Source: Octopus vulgaris (taxonomy: Eukaryota). Taken from it: 64,000 nucleotides of DNA. The DNA lies in NCBI GenBank assembly GCA_951406725.2, contig OX597814.1:45322001-45386000 (forward strand), written 5' to 3'. This document shows positions 29,471-44,364 of the stretch, in pieces. The translations under genes were made by a program, and so were the position numbers. The notes below the pieces were generated by a model. It was not told the DNA's origin. It did no database searches and saw nothing but the letters and a program-made list of their open reading frames with translations. Position 1 is the first letter of the stretch. Every line of letters begins with the position of its first letter.

Positions 29471-30345
29471 CTATTTCATACATCTGAATAAATTTCAGTG
29501 AAGTGCTAAGTTAGATTCAATCGATAACAATGAATTCACAGAGCCATTAGAAAACCGGACAGAATGCCTTGCAGAATTTTTTTGTGAGTTCAAATCCCGC
29601 GCTCTGAGTTCAAATCCCGCGGAGGCCAACTTTGCTTTTCAATCCCACAGTACCAGTTATAAACTGGAGCTGATTTGTGTGGGGGTGGGTATCAGTTAGA
29701 TGAATAAGTCAAATTGTTTATAAGAATTCCCTTGGTGTAATTCTGCTACTCACTCCAAGCTATTTCTTTCTTCTCTCTTTATACCGCTAATGACTTTGAT
29801 AAATGCATGAACTTCACAACTTCTGACTTCATTAACTGTATACAATTATTGTGAATAGTCAAATGAAACAAATATAATTTGGCTGATGACTTGAAAGTAA
29901 TATATCAGGTCACAGCCTGCCCAGCTCATGACATGATTTCGATTCTCCGTTTAAGCTTGTAACTTATACTGCTAATGCTCTTGGAGATCAGATGACCTGA
30001 ACATCGTAACATTGCATTTCTTTTCAATAACTTTGTCGCCTTCTACTTAAATCACAAAAACAAATGTACAAAAGTCCTTTTGAACGAAGCAAAATCATCA
30101 CTGCTTAAGGGAATCGAATCTCTTTCTAATGTATAATATGATGTCTTACCAAGTAAGCTTAAAACTAGTGTATTAAGCCTTATTCTTTACCGCGTACATA
30201 TACACGCACACCCATATATACATATGCACACACAGATAGGCGTTTTTCACTGTGCAACCTTATCTTTGTTTACATCAATATGGTTTTAGAGAAGGTTTAC
30301 CCTGTGTTATACTTCACACCGAATAGCGAGTGTACATACATATAA

Positions 30346-30439
<94 letters not shown>

Positions 30440-31384
30440 ATGTATGTATATGTATGTAGTCTGTATAAAAAAACTTCACCTTTATGGAACATCAATCTGC
30501 AGCGATTGAAAGGCAGTATTCGATTTATGTGGCGCCAATAACCCTATGGTCAGGATTTGATTTGGTTTCGTTATTTTCTTTCTTTCTTTCTTTTCTGTTT
30601 TATTTTTTTTTTTTTTATTTATTTTATTCACTTTTTTTTACGTTTGAATTAATGTTTATCTAGAAAAGTATATTCGTTAAAACATAGATAATCGACTTTT
30701 TCAAACTAAGACAAGGCCACAAACTTCTTGCCACCATGAAATAACTGAAAGCTTTTTTACGTGACTTTTTTTCCTTCTATACTATCTCTTTCTCTATCTC
30801 TATTTTCCACTTTTACTTTCACTTTCACTTTCTCTCCTTCTCTCTCTCTCTCTCTTTCTTTCCCTATTTCTCCCTCTTTCCTTCACAAACTCTAAGGTAT
30901 ATCAATCTATCTATCTACTAATCTATCTAGCTATCTTTAGTTTGTCTATCTTCTGTCTCTATTTCTCTATCTCATACTCTCACAATTTCTTTCATGTTTT
31001 TCTTTTCCTATTTCTAACTTCATTTTTTTATTCTTGCTTTATTTATCTTTTTTTTTTTAATTTCCACATTTTTACTGATTTAGCTTTAATCTTTCTTTAT
31101 GTATTTTATACCATTTTCAAAGACAAGCAGTTGCGTTAAAAGGTTTTTTTTTTCTATATTTTTTTTTCTGAAAAATATATATATAAATCAAAAACAAGAA
31201 AAAATAATTGATGGCTCAATGCAATCTATGCATTGGCGGAAATCTAAGAGAGGTCTTTGTTGCTGCTATTGTAACAGATGTTGCTGATGATGTTGATTTT
31301 GTTTGTTACCCTTGTTGTTTGTTATTCTACTTGTTATTTACTGGCTTGTTTGCAGCTGCTGTGTGTGTGTGTGTGAGTGTGAGT

Positions 31385-31436
<52 letters not shown>

Positions 31437-31778
31437 ATACCTTTCCCCATATCTCTTTTTTCCATCCATGAGATAGGAGTTTGTTAATGTCATTTCAATA
31501 TTGACGGGTTTTATTGACATCAAATCACGTTATAGAGAAATAAATAAAAAAATTAAAGAAATTAGAAGCAAAATGAATAATAAATAAACAAATAAATAAA
31601 GCTAACACCCGAGTTCATTGTATTACAGAAATCTTACCGCACGTTTTAACAACAGCTTAACGAAGCACGCAATGCAAACACACACACAGTATATTGAAAT
31701 ACAGGAAAAAGAGACCTTCATTACATACATAAACAAACACACACAGACACATACACAATACATACATTCATCCATACT

Positions 31779-31868
<90 letters not shown>

Positions 31869-32067
31869 CAGACAGATAGACATATATACATATGTATGTA
31901 AGCTGATATGAACAGGCACATGTGTGTGTGTGCGAGTGTGTGTCTGTCTGTGTGTCTGTGTGAGTAGATAATTTTTTATATATTCAAATACATACATAAA
32001 TGTTATTATTATCATCAACATTATCATCATCATCAAACACAGACTCCACACACACACAGAATACACT

Positions 32068-32098
<31 letters not shown>

Positions 32099-32222
32099 GT
32101 AGCTGTCCGTGAGTCTATATACACCATGCACAAAGACTCAAGTTGATGAGGTAGAAAGCAGAGTTAATCAAAATCATATGCAAATATATATGCATATACA
32201 CCCTATTTCAATAGGTATATAA

Positions 32223-32262
<40 letters not shown>

Positions 32263-32358
32263 TTATGTATGTATGTATGTATGTATGTATGTATGTATGT
32301 ATGTATGTATGTGTGTATGTATGTATGTATGTATTCATAAATGTGTGTGTAAACAGGC

Positions 32359-32404
<46 letters not shown>

Positions 32405-32711
32405 TTTCTGTATGGCCCACACGCACGTTACCCGAGTATGCTTGCCTGATTCCACAGTCATACATATGTACAACAGTCACGCATCTACAAACACAATAGG
32501 GAGAGAGAAAAACAGAGAGAGACATAGATGAGATGTGTGATATGTGAGACAGATAATTAAATACACATTGCTTGCGTGTGTGCGCGCGTGTGTGTAAGCA
32601 TGTATAGATTCTGATATCAGTTACTCCTTGTGTCCATAATGTGCGAGTATTGAGTATGTACTCATAATATATATATATATATTTACACGTACTTAGACAT
32701 ACGTAAGTGTG

Positions 32712-32751
<40 letters not shown>

Positions 32752-33765
32752 TGCGTGCATAGGTGTCTGTGTGTGTGTATGTGTGTGCATACGTGTCTCT
32801 GTGTGTGCGTGTGTAAGTATGTATACACATATTCATCATGAACTGTAATCTCGGACATGAACAGAAAACATTGCCGTCGGTTGTATAATGGAAAAATGAA
32901 TGCACGTTCTGTTGTGGACACAGGGAAATACTTAAAAGTGACTGATAAAATCAAATTCCAACAGAGCCACTCCATACAAATATCTCCTACCCTCTTCCTG
33001 CATAAAGGACAAGATTAAGAGGTTTTGAAAGAGAACAAACACACATAACTAGGATTTCATAAGGCTACTAGAATCCAGTATGCATGCATGCGTGCGTGCA
33101 TCAACACACGGATGTGCGTGCGTTCGGATGCAATAAATATTGATGTAATGAACTAAAACATATTCGAACTCTATTTCCCATATCACACTTGAGTGCATAC
33201 ACATAGTTACTACATCCCACAACACATACAAACACACACGTACGCACGCACGCACGCAAAAATGTACACGCACATGCTACACACACAAACAATTTTAATT
33301 GATTTAAAGCGAAACACTTTGCCGTGTTGCTACATTAATGCACAAACACAGACACACAAACACACAGAGTAATCTTTTACAAACTTACACACAGATTGTA
33401 TCGGTCCTCAGAGATATTTCATAACTCTGATAATAAAAGGATATTTTTATGTTGTTGGTGGAGAAGCTGATTGGGCAATTAAAGATACCTCATTACACCG
33501 GTGGTGGTGATGGTGGTGGTGGTGGTGGTGGTGTTGCTGCTACTGCTGCTGTTGCTGCTGCCTTAATTATAATTATCTGTATCATCAGATAAGGCGGTGG
33601 GTTTCTTGCCAGAACTGGTAGAACTGAAGACTTAGTTTTGATTTCAAATCTCTCTAGAGCCAGTAAAAAGAAAAATCTGCACCAACTAGATATTTGATAA
33701 ATTCAATCGACCAGTCTCTTCCCCGTATATCTTTAGCTTCGTCCCAACCTAAGAAATTATTATTA

Positions 33766-33801
<36 letters not shown>

Positions 33802-33803
<2 letters not shown>

Positions 33804-34353
33804 GTGAGAGAGCAGTTCATGCCATCAAAGTGACACTGGGGTAAAATATACGAAGCCCAATATACCCATCATGACTACCCGTCTGATAAGGGTACACCAG
33901 GCACATGCATCACAACCATATGTGCGCGACATGGTGATCTCATATCAAGATAAACAGCACATGACCTTGCAGGTGGGGCCCAGTTAGAATTTTCTTCAGG
34001 TTGAGTAGCCCATCCTACTCAAAAGGTCTCTGAATAAGGGTTGTTTAAGGATGTTGAAAGAACCACCCATGTTTCCAGAGGTGAATTATTCAAACCCCAA
34101 AGAATCCCTCTCAACACATGGCTATGATGCTCCCCCACTACTTCTGCTCGTGATCAGAGATCCACATATCGTCAGCCACTAAGGGACATGCTCAACTGGT
34201 TAAAGTCAAACAACTGACAAGCAAATCTGTGGTATTGAGCAGAATATTTACTGTAGCCCATCTTTTATACCAAGACAAAAGTCAAACAACTGACAAGCAA
34301 ATCTGTGGTATTAAGCAGAATATTTGCTGTAGCCCATCTTTTATACCAAGACA
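33802..34353 (+). mobile_element. ~560-bp (TTA)n-associated repeat with a terminal ~75-bp tandem duplication
   Basis: Flanked by (TTA)n on both sides; AAAGTCAAACAACTGAC..ATACCAAGACAAA is duplicated. Confidence 0.8.
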
Positions 34354-34354
34354 A

Positions 34355-34414
<60 letters not shown>

Positions 34415-34816
34415 CTCTTTTACTCTTTTACTTGTTTCAGTCATTTGACTGCGGCCATGCTGGAACACCGCCTTTAGTCGAGCAAATCGACCCCAGGACT
34501 TATTCTTTGTAAGCCTAGTACTTATTCTATCGGTCTCTTTTGCCGAACCGCTAAATTACGGGGACGTAAACACACCACCATCGGTTGTCAAGCGATGTTG
34601 GAGGGATTAACACAGACACAGAAACATATACACACACATACATATATATACATATATACTACGGGCTTCTTTCAGTTTCCGTCTACCAAATCCACTCACA
34701 AGGCTTTGGTCGGCCCGAGGCTATAGTAGAAGACAGTTGCCCAAGGTGCCACGCAGTGGGAATGAACCCAAAACCATGTGGTTGGTAAGCAAGCTACTTA
34801 CCACACAGCCACTCCT
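34415..34816 (-). mobile_element. SINE family B, full length
   Basis: Near-identical to 51292-51715. Confidence 0.9.
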
Positions 34817-34836
34817 AGTTGTTGTTGTTGCTGTTG

Positions 34837-34900
<64 letters not shown>

Positions 34901-35975
34901 GGCGGCGAGCTAACAAAAACTTTAGCACGGTGGGGAAAATGCTTAGTGGCATGTTGTCCGTCTTTACGTTCTGATTTCAAATTCCGCCGAGGTCAACCTT
35001 GCCTTTCATCCTTTCGGGGTCGATGAAATAAGTACCAGTTGAACACTGGGGTCGATATAATCGACTCATCCTCTCCACCAAAATTGCTGCCCTTGTGGCA
35101 AAATTTGAAACAATTAAAGGCGGTGAGCTGGCAGAGTCGTTAGCCCGCTAGACGAAATACTTAGCGGTTTTTCGCTCGTCGCTACGTTCTGAGTTCAAAT
35201 TCCGCCAAGGTCGACTTTGCTTTTCATCATATCGGAGTCAATAAATCAAGTACCAGTTGAGTACTGGGGTCGATGTAATCGACTATCTCCCTCCCCCAAA
35301 TTTCAGGCCTTGTGCCTATAGTAGAAAGGATTATTATTATTTTTTTAATACGGCGAACTGACAGAACCGTTAACACGCCAGGCAAAATGCTACTCGGCAT
35401 TTCGTCCGTCTACACATTTTGCGTTCAAATTCGACCGAGGTCGACTTCACCTTTCATCCTTTCAAGCTCGATAAAAAGTACCGTTTGAGTACTGGGGTCG
35501 ATGTAATCAACTTACCCCTACTCCAGAAATTGCTGGCCTTGTGCCGAAATTTGAAATCATTATCATTATTTGAACACGGCTAGCAGACAGAATCGTTAGT
35601 GAGTTGGACAAAGTGTTATGTGGCATTTTCACCGGCTCTCTACGTTCTCGGCTAATTCTGTCAAGGCCGACTTTATTTTTCATTCTTTCGAAGTTGATAT
35701 AATCGACTTATCTCCTCCCACAATAGTTTAGGCTTTGTACCTATGGTAGGAAGGATTATCATTATTATTCTAAAGCAGCGAGCTGACAGAATCGTTCGTG
35801 TGTCAAATAAAACGTTTAACGGTAGTTTTTCCACCTCAAATCCCGCCGAGATCAACTTTGCCTTTAATCCTTTCAGACACGATAATATAAAATAGCGGTC
35901 AGATAGGAGAGATCGATGTAATCGGCTTGACCTTTCCCCTCAAAATAGCCAGCCTTGTGCCAAAACTAGAAAGAA
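34901..35975 (+). mobile_element. Five tandem head-to-tail family-A SINEs (starts ~34901, 35119, 35351, 35577, 35774)
   Basis: Each has a GGCGAGCTG-like head and the CTTTGCCTTTCATCCTTTC core; most are separated by short TTA/A-rich linkers. Confidence 0.85.
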
Positions 35976-36811
35976 TTACTGTTGATGATGTGGTTTAAAA
36001 TGGAAAACATTCCTTTGGTAAATATAAGATTAAAATACTTTTGCATTCATCTATCGAATATTATTGAAAGCTAAGGAAACGAAGATACTGAACTGTTTTT
36101 AAGAGATTTTTCATTTATTTTTTTATAAGAGTTTGACAATGAGAGGGGAAGAATATAATAGGGGGAAAGATGAGTTGCTAACATCTTTCATCCAGTAGCC
36201 TAACCGATAAATATAGTTAATATTGAAGTGGGCGCTAAAATACTTGAGTGAATTGAGAAATTTTAATTAATTAAATTTATACCCGGGGTAATTAGAAAGA
36301 AAAACATTAGTTTGACTTTGGCAAGGAAAATAACCCTGAATTTAAATTATTACAATAGCACTTAATGAAACAACAGTAACACTAATTGCAATACGAACAG
36401 GGGTGAATATCGCTTACATTGCTTTGGATATTTTTGCCCACAAGACGATGTCAAAAGACGACGGAGATTTTCAGCTGGAATATTTTAATCATTATTTAGA
36501 AAGATTCGATGTTTTTTATACGCTCCATCTGCGTTTTGCGGTATTACGTCGAATGGTGGACCGACAAACAATGAAGCTGAAGTGTTTACAGAGTCGACTC
36601 CTGGATAGTGAGCAGGTACGGTGGTTTCTCATGGGGTAGCCATATCTACAATTAATCAGCTCCTCTGAGTTAAATTCCGAGACAAATGCAAGTCGATTGG
36701 ATGAATTCCTTGCACCCTGAATGTTAGTCTGCTGGACAACATAATAATACATCCACTCTTGCATTCTATATTATAGAATTCACAGAGAAAATCTATGATG
36801 ATACCCTAGAG

Positions 36812-37132
36812 CAGAGGTTCTCAAACATTTATATGGCTCATGGCCATATAATACCCTCAGCGCCCTACACCTATTTTCATGTATAAAGAAATATTCATAT
36901 TTGACTAATTTATATATACTATGAATCATTTGATATTTAATGTATTATCTAATTTATATACAATACTATAATAATATTATAATAAATTCATAGCATCCCC
37001 CAATCCACTGCCTTCCTCCCAACGCGTCCTATTTCTCTACCGCAGCCCCCAACCACCCATTTAGGTACCAGCGCCAACCTGGACCGTCTCAACGTCCACC
37101 GGGGGCAGTAGCGCCCACTTTGAGAACGCCTG
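36812..37132. mobile_element. hAT-type MITE
   Basis: TIRs CAGAGGTTCTCAAA / TTTGAGAACGCCTG; perfect 8-bp TSD CCCTAGAG at 36804-36811 and 37133-37140. Confidence 0.9.
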
Positions 37133-37599
37133 CCCTAGAGAATACACTGCTATCAACGAAGGAAAACAGGACATCTTCCTGAGACTTATGAGACCGATGG
37201 CTACAGAATATTTCTGATTATATTTGACCGATTAGAGCCAATAGTCGAATGGGGTAAAGAACTATGACTAAGAGGATGTTCCAAAGATGAGAAGAAAATA
37301 AGAACATCTCATTATTTCCAAGTGCCCGATAATTATTGCTCTGGAGTAATCTGTCGAACAATCACCTTTCCTGATGGCTTCTCCAAAGAAGGAAAAGTAG
37401 TGCTCGTCGCCTTTTCAAGAACCTCAGATGGAAGGAATGGGTGAAATTATTCTCAAATAGGAGACCTGATCCGAATGCTTGCGCCATAGAGGACTTCGCA
37501 AAAGGCACCCAAGATAACGCGAATCTTTCTAAACGGGGAGAATTAATTTTGGCAAAACTTAGGACGAATTTCATGAAAGAACGATCAATTCATCTTCTG

Positions 37600-37834
37600 T
37601 CTTTCACTTGCTTCTGTCATTAGACTGCAGCCATGCGAGGGCACCGCCTTGAAAGGCTTCGTCGAACAAATCTGACCCAGTACTTTTTTCTTGTTTTATC
37701 ATTCTCTGCTTTGTCGAACTGCTAGTTTACGGGAACATAAACAAACCAATACTAATTATCAAGTGGTGGGGCGGTAAATACAAACACACACACACACACA
37801 TACATATACATACATACATACATACATACATACA

Positions 37835-37865
<31 letters not shown>

Positions 37866-38008
37866 TCACGACGAGCTTCTTTCAGTCTCCGTCTACTAAA
37901 CCACTCACAAGATTTTGGCCTTCTCGGGGTAGTGTCATGCATTGGGACTGAACCCGGAACAATTTAGTTGGGAAGCAAACTTCTTACCACACAGCTACGC
38001 TGGCGCCT
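37600..38008 (-). mobile_element. SINE family B, diverged
   Basis: GGGACTGAACCCGGAAC..CTTACCACACAGCTACGC and a tail matching family B. Confidence 0.8.
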
Positions 38009-38848
38009 GTTTAATATTTTAGTACAAATGACTTAATTATTTGATAACTTATGTTTAGATCTTGTTTTGGAGCACGAAATAACTGATAGATAAATCTACT
38101 CACGTATAGCATGGCAATTTATTACACTTAACATTTCAAGATTATTTGGTACCTATTCCCAACTGCTGATGAACGTAGGCGCATAGCAGAATTGAACTCA
38201 TAAACTAGAAGATTGCAGTATGATGTTTTATCCTTTTAGTCTTGATTCCACAATGCTTTATGTGTTTCAGAGCCGTATATGAATACTCATCCAGGAGGAA
38301 AGACAACGAGAACACGGTAATAGTTATATTTCTGACCAGGGATGTACCAAGCTTGATAACGTCAAGTAACTAATCTATCTATATACGTCTCTGCAAACGA
38401 GAGTGAGCAAATAGCCAATCTTATATATTCAGTGTTTCTTTATCTATATCAAGTTCGAATAATAAACAGTCCGGGAATAAATTTAATTGGTGTTACATGC
38501 TGGATAGTCCGGACCAAAAGTTAAGGTCACACGTCGAATACTACATAAACTTCTTGAAGGATAATGTTCTTGTCGGAAACTTTTCTTTGCCTGTAAACAT
38601 AACATGACTAAATGGAGGGTGCCTGAGCAAGATCAGGATGTCATCAATAATAGTAAAGATATCATTATTAAAAGATCATGATAGCTTGACATTCATATCA
38701 TTCAATATCGCACAAACATTTTCCCCGCTAACGGCAGAATGATATAAATCGTAACGCAGCTTTCTCTAAATATCTCTTAATTAAGTTCTCGCAATACCTT
38801 ACCTTCCCCACATCTCTCTCACTCTCTTTCCCGCTCTCTTACTCTCTC

Positions 38849-38890
<42 letters not shown>

Positions 38891-39253
38891 CGAACACAAC
38901 ACACACACACACACTCACTCTCTCTCTCTCCTCATAATATATCATATATTATATTGATCATATCATTCTATATTATATTATCCTTTCTTTCTTTTATTCT
39001 TTCAATGGTTTCAGTCGTAGGACTGCGGCTATGCTGGAGCACCACCTTAAATTATTTTCTTTCGGTTTTGGTTTCGCGTATGGCTGGAAGTTGGTCTGTG
39101 ATCTACCCTGAGTGTATCCTTGAATTGTTGGCTGGTCTGACATCGTCATTATGAGTTTATCCAATTGTTTTGAATAGTTCAGAAGAGGTCCCTTTTATAT
39201 TTTTGACTTCATCTCGTCAGGGAAAAAGAGAAACAAAACACTTCAATAAGCCA

Positions 39254-39347
39254 TTTTTTCCCTGACGAGATGATTACATTGTTTTACATCATTTTATTCA
39301 CTCAGGAGTAATACTAATGTTTTCTTCGAAACATATGTCGGAAGTAA
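39254..39347 (+). ncRNA. Minimal type-I hammerhead ribozyme, intact core, GUC cleavage triplet
   Basis: TTTCC(39257-61)-CTGACGA(39262-68)-G..long stem II..C-GAAA(39328-31)-CATATG-TC(39338-39)-GGAAG. Confidence 0.8.
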
Positions 39348-39387
39348 AAATATTTGAATAACACCTTGCGCTTAACTCCATTTCATG

Positions 39388-39462
<75 letters not shown>

Positions 39463-39871
39463 ATATAAGCATACATATAAAAGACCAAAGTGTACGTACG
39501 CCACTATATTTTTATGTATAAAAAATACAAAAATGGGACAAAAACGCAAAACATCCAGACAGACGATACAAAGAAAACAAGGACGGGGAAAAAACGGAAA
39601 ATGGTGCACAATTACAAATAACAGGACATTAACAACGGGTGTCTTTTGAGTAAGGACGAATTAAATTATGCTGGCGTGTGTGGAAGTAAAGCCTATATAC
39701 ATATATATGTATGTAAGCATATATATGTGTATGCAGATACATATGTATGCATATATATATATGTATGTCTGTATGCATATATATTCATATATATATGTAT
39801 GTATGCGTACGTATACATATATAAGCATATATATTGTATGTATGCATATATATATGTATGTATGCGTACGT

Positions 39872-40001
<130 letters not shown>

Positions 40002-40429
40002 CATGTATAAAAAATACAAAAATGGGACAAAAACGCAAAACATCCAGACAGTAATGTGATACAAAAAAAGGGACAACAAAACATCCTGACAGACGATAAA
40101 AAGAAAACAAGGATGGGTCATTTCAGAGTTTTCTTTCCTCAGTCCAGATTATCTTTGCAATTTCGGCTGGTTATACTAGAGATTGCTCCAATCTGGCCAG
40201 CCCCAAGGAAAAACTAAGCTAAGAGCACTAGATTCCTTGGAAGAAAGTAGCGAATGGATACGAAAACAAGGACGAAAAGAAACAGAGGGTCTACCATTAT
40301 TATTTTCTAAAACAAAGATTATACAGAATTAGCAAAAAATACAGCAATGACCAAAAAAAGGTATGTCCAGAAATACCTTATGCACATCCTATATATATAT
40401 ATATATATATATAAAATACATACATACCT

Positions 40430-40600
40430 ATGTGTGTGCTTGTTTTTGTGTTTGTCCACCACCACCTCTTGACAATCGGTGTTAGTTTGTTTACGGCACC
40501 GTAACATAGCAGTTCGGCAAAAAGTAACCTATAAAACAAGTACCAGACTTTAGAAAAGGTACTGAGATCGATTTAGTTGACTAAACTCTACAAGGTGATG
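40430..40600 (+). mobile_element. 3' part of SINE family B
   Basis: CTTGACAATCGGTG..CCGTAACATAGCAGTTCGGCAAAA..AAGTACCAG. Confidence 0.7.
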
Positions 40601-40828
40601 CATGCATACTCGAATATATATACGTATGTATATGTGCATGTATATATATGTATATATGTATGTGTATATATGTGAATATAATGTAACAATTTAACAATTG
40701 TAAAACATATACTAGTATATGTAATACATAATGAAAACAATTTGATATAAAACTCATGTAAATGGAATAACATGCTTACTCGATCGAAAAAGGATGTATA
40801 TATATGTATGTAGATATGCATGTGTATG

Positions 40829-40884
<56 letters not shown>

Positions 40885-40893
40885 TTATATATT

Positions 40894-40947
<54 letters not shown>

Positions 40948-41026
40948 GTGTGTGTTTGTGTGTGTGTATCATTAATCATTAACTCTCCAATTTCTTCTCT
41001 ATTTAATATGGAGTATATATATAGAG

Positions 41027-41107
<81 letters not shown>

Positions 41108-42593
41108 TAGATATGTATATATATATATATATATATCGAGAATGCACGCACACACATTGTGCGTATATGATTATGTGTGCTCAAGTGTGTGCATAACAGT
41201 GAGAAGAGGAGAGAGAGGAGAGAGAGGAAGAGAGAGAGAACTGGTGTAATGCGTCAGAATATGCAATAGTACGTGATAGGAAGTTATTTCTGAGAAGTAC
41301 GTGTGTGTTTATTTTCTATAAGCTGTGGGGTGGTTTGGTGATTGGGTGGTTATTACGTTTCCACAAATAAGTTTGCATTGAAAACTTCCAAATCAGTTTC
41401 AAAGAAATGAGTTTTTCGACAATGACTTCATCATTCTGAAATGTCTTTTGACCTTCAAATTAATTTGCATAATGTCATCTGGCACTATAAACAAGTTTAG
41501 AAGAACCTCGCTTGAGACGATATTTGGCGTTTGCCTTGTGTGCTAGAATAATAGTTTTCCCAAGCAAGGTAGACACGAGGAATGAAAAAGAAAGAGAACA
41601 ATAAAGAGAGAAAACAGAGAGAGAGAGAGATTGAGTTCCTTTATCTAATATAATAGTTCAATTTACATCTACACCGTGTTACTCTCTCAAGTAAACTCAT
41701 AAGCGTAAATAGGAAAAATAACAACCGTGCTTACACATACATCAACACAAACCCAAAGACATTCAAAAGTTACAGACACATCCGCAAAGATAAATACATA
41801 CATGCGTATACATACAAACACACACATACGCGCAAAACATGACGATTACAAGCACTTACGTCCATTTCTACCCAATAATGCAATAACAAACTTAAACCAG
41901 TACTCCGATCTATCCCATCAGTCTGTGTAACTAACTGAAACTGATGCTATAAAGATGGCAGCAATGCAACCACGTTGATCTACGCTTCATAAAGACCGAA
42001 CGACTGACCAATCATTTCTGCGGACAGAAAAGCTTGGATAATGTCTTAATGTAAGGTCGGTCGATTATTAGAGTCACTTAGCCGATTCCAATTACTGGGA
42101 GGTCGTCGTGAGATAAGGAAAGATAAATCCGTTATTGGCAGACGTTAAACTAGATTAGGAGAGAAAGGTAAAGCGCACGTACAATCATACACACATATAC
42201 ACAGATATGCACACGTCCATTCGTGTATATTACATTCATGTACGTGTGAGTGTGCGCATGCGTGCGGACGCAAATATATATGTATATATATATGTATGTA
42301 CACGCTTGCAATTTTCACAAAATATTTGTGAGCATAAACATCCACGCATGAATATACAAACATAAATAAATACATACGTATATTGAAACACATATATCAA
42401 CATACACATATATTCATGTGTGTGTGTGTGTACATCTGTTCATAAGCGTGCATATTCACAAAGGATCAAAATTTACCACCGCTTGCTGACAACTGCATAT
42501 ATACAACCACCTTTTATACACATGCAAACAAATATGGTTGTCATTATTTGAGTGAGTAAAACAGCGCCCTTATACATCACACTGAATCTCTCA

Positions 42594-42626
<33 letters not shown>

Positions 42627-42670
42627 GCACGCACACATAGAGAGATACATACATAGACAGACAGACAGAC

Positions 42671-42833
<163 letters not shown>

Positions 42834-43262
42834 TAGACAGACAGACAGACAGATTGGCTTCCAAGACACGCAGCAACTATATCTTCACAACCAAACGGAT
42901 ATACATCTACGCCATCAGATGCACGCTCCATAGTGATACAAATACACAGCTACATACAAGATCAGATAGACACATACATTGATACACTTAGTCACATTTC
43001 AATAACTACGGAATAGCAACATGACCGTCTTAATAGAGTTGAGAGGGGCGTGTAAATAACATGCTCCCATCAACGTTCTCTAACCTAAACCTCTCTCTAA
43101 GAGAATCTCGCAATAAATTCTATAGGGCAATTTAAAGATATTATCGACCAAAAGTTAAACCTCCAAACCTCGTTACTGTTTGCAAATTGCTTATATAAAT
43201 ATATATATATAATACACATACATACAAGCGCGCAAACACACACACACACGTGCACACACACA

Positions 43263-43297
<35 letters not shown>

Positions 43298-43325
43298 TTC
43301 TCAATGTTCGGTACTGACGTATATG

Positions 43326-43378
<53 letters not shown>

Positions 43379-44048
43379 ATTATTTTTATGTCTCATATAT
43401 TATATATATATGTAAATATATATATGTATATATATATATATGTATGTATATATACATATGTATATATATATTTATATATATATTTATATATATATATTTA
43501 TATTTATATTTATATTTATATATATATTTATATTTATATATACATATATAGATAGATGCATACATATACATATACATATACGTGTATATATGTATATAAT
43601 ATAGAGAATACATATATAATAAATATATATGTATGAGTGTGTGTGCGCGCGCGTCTGTAACAAATACATATAATAATGCGAATATATGCAATGTGCGTGT
43701 ATGTGTAGGTGTATAAGCAAGTAAATGGACAGCCCACATCGCTATGGCAGGTTTCCTTTGAAAGGGGCTATTATGTTACATATAGTAGGAAATATCAACG
43801 AAATGTGTCTATGACGTGTATTCACCATATGTTGTCTCATTGGTCCAGTTGATTCACCGAGAGCTCTGCTAAAATTATTTAGATTAGTCAGTCATGAACG
43901 AATCTATTCATACTTACAAACACACATGTACATGTTACATACACACACACTTTCCATTTATTTGGTGGGTGGGTGGGTGTATGGGTTGGTGGGCGCGGGT
44001 GGGTGTGCGTGCGTGTGTGTGTATTTGTGTGTATGTGTGTGCATATTC

Positions 44049-44091
<43 letters not shown>

Positions 44092-44146
44092 CAAATATGA
44101 ATATTTAGTTCTCTCTCTAATCTTCTCTCTTCTTATATATGTATAT

Positions 44147-44259
<113 letters not shown>

Positions 44260-44264
44260 GTAGG

Positions 44265-44364
<100 letters not shown>

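Noticed and set aside
34901-35975. Regularly spaced repeats resembling a CRISPR array
   Set aside because: Units are ~200-bp SINE copies in eukaryotic DNA, with no unique spacers or cas genes.
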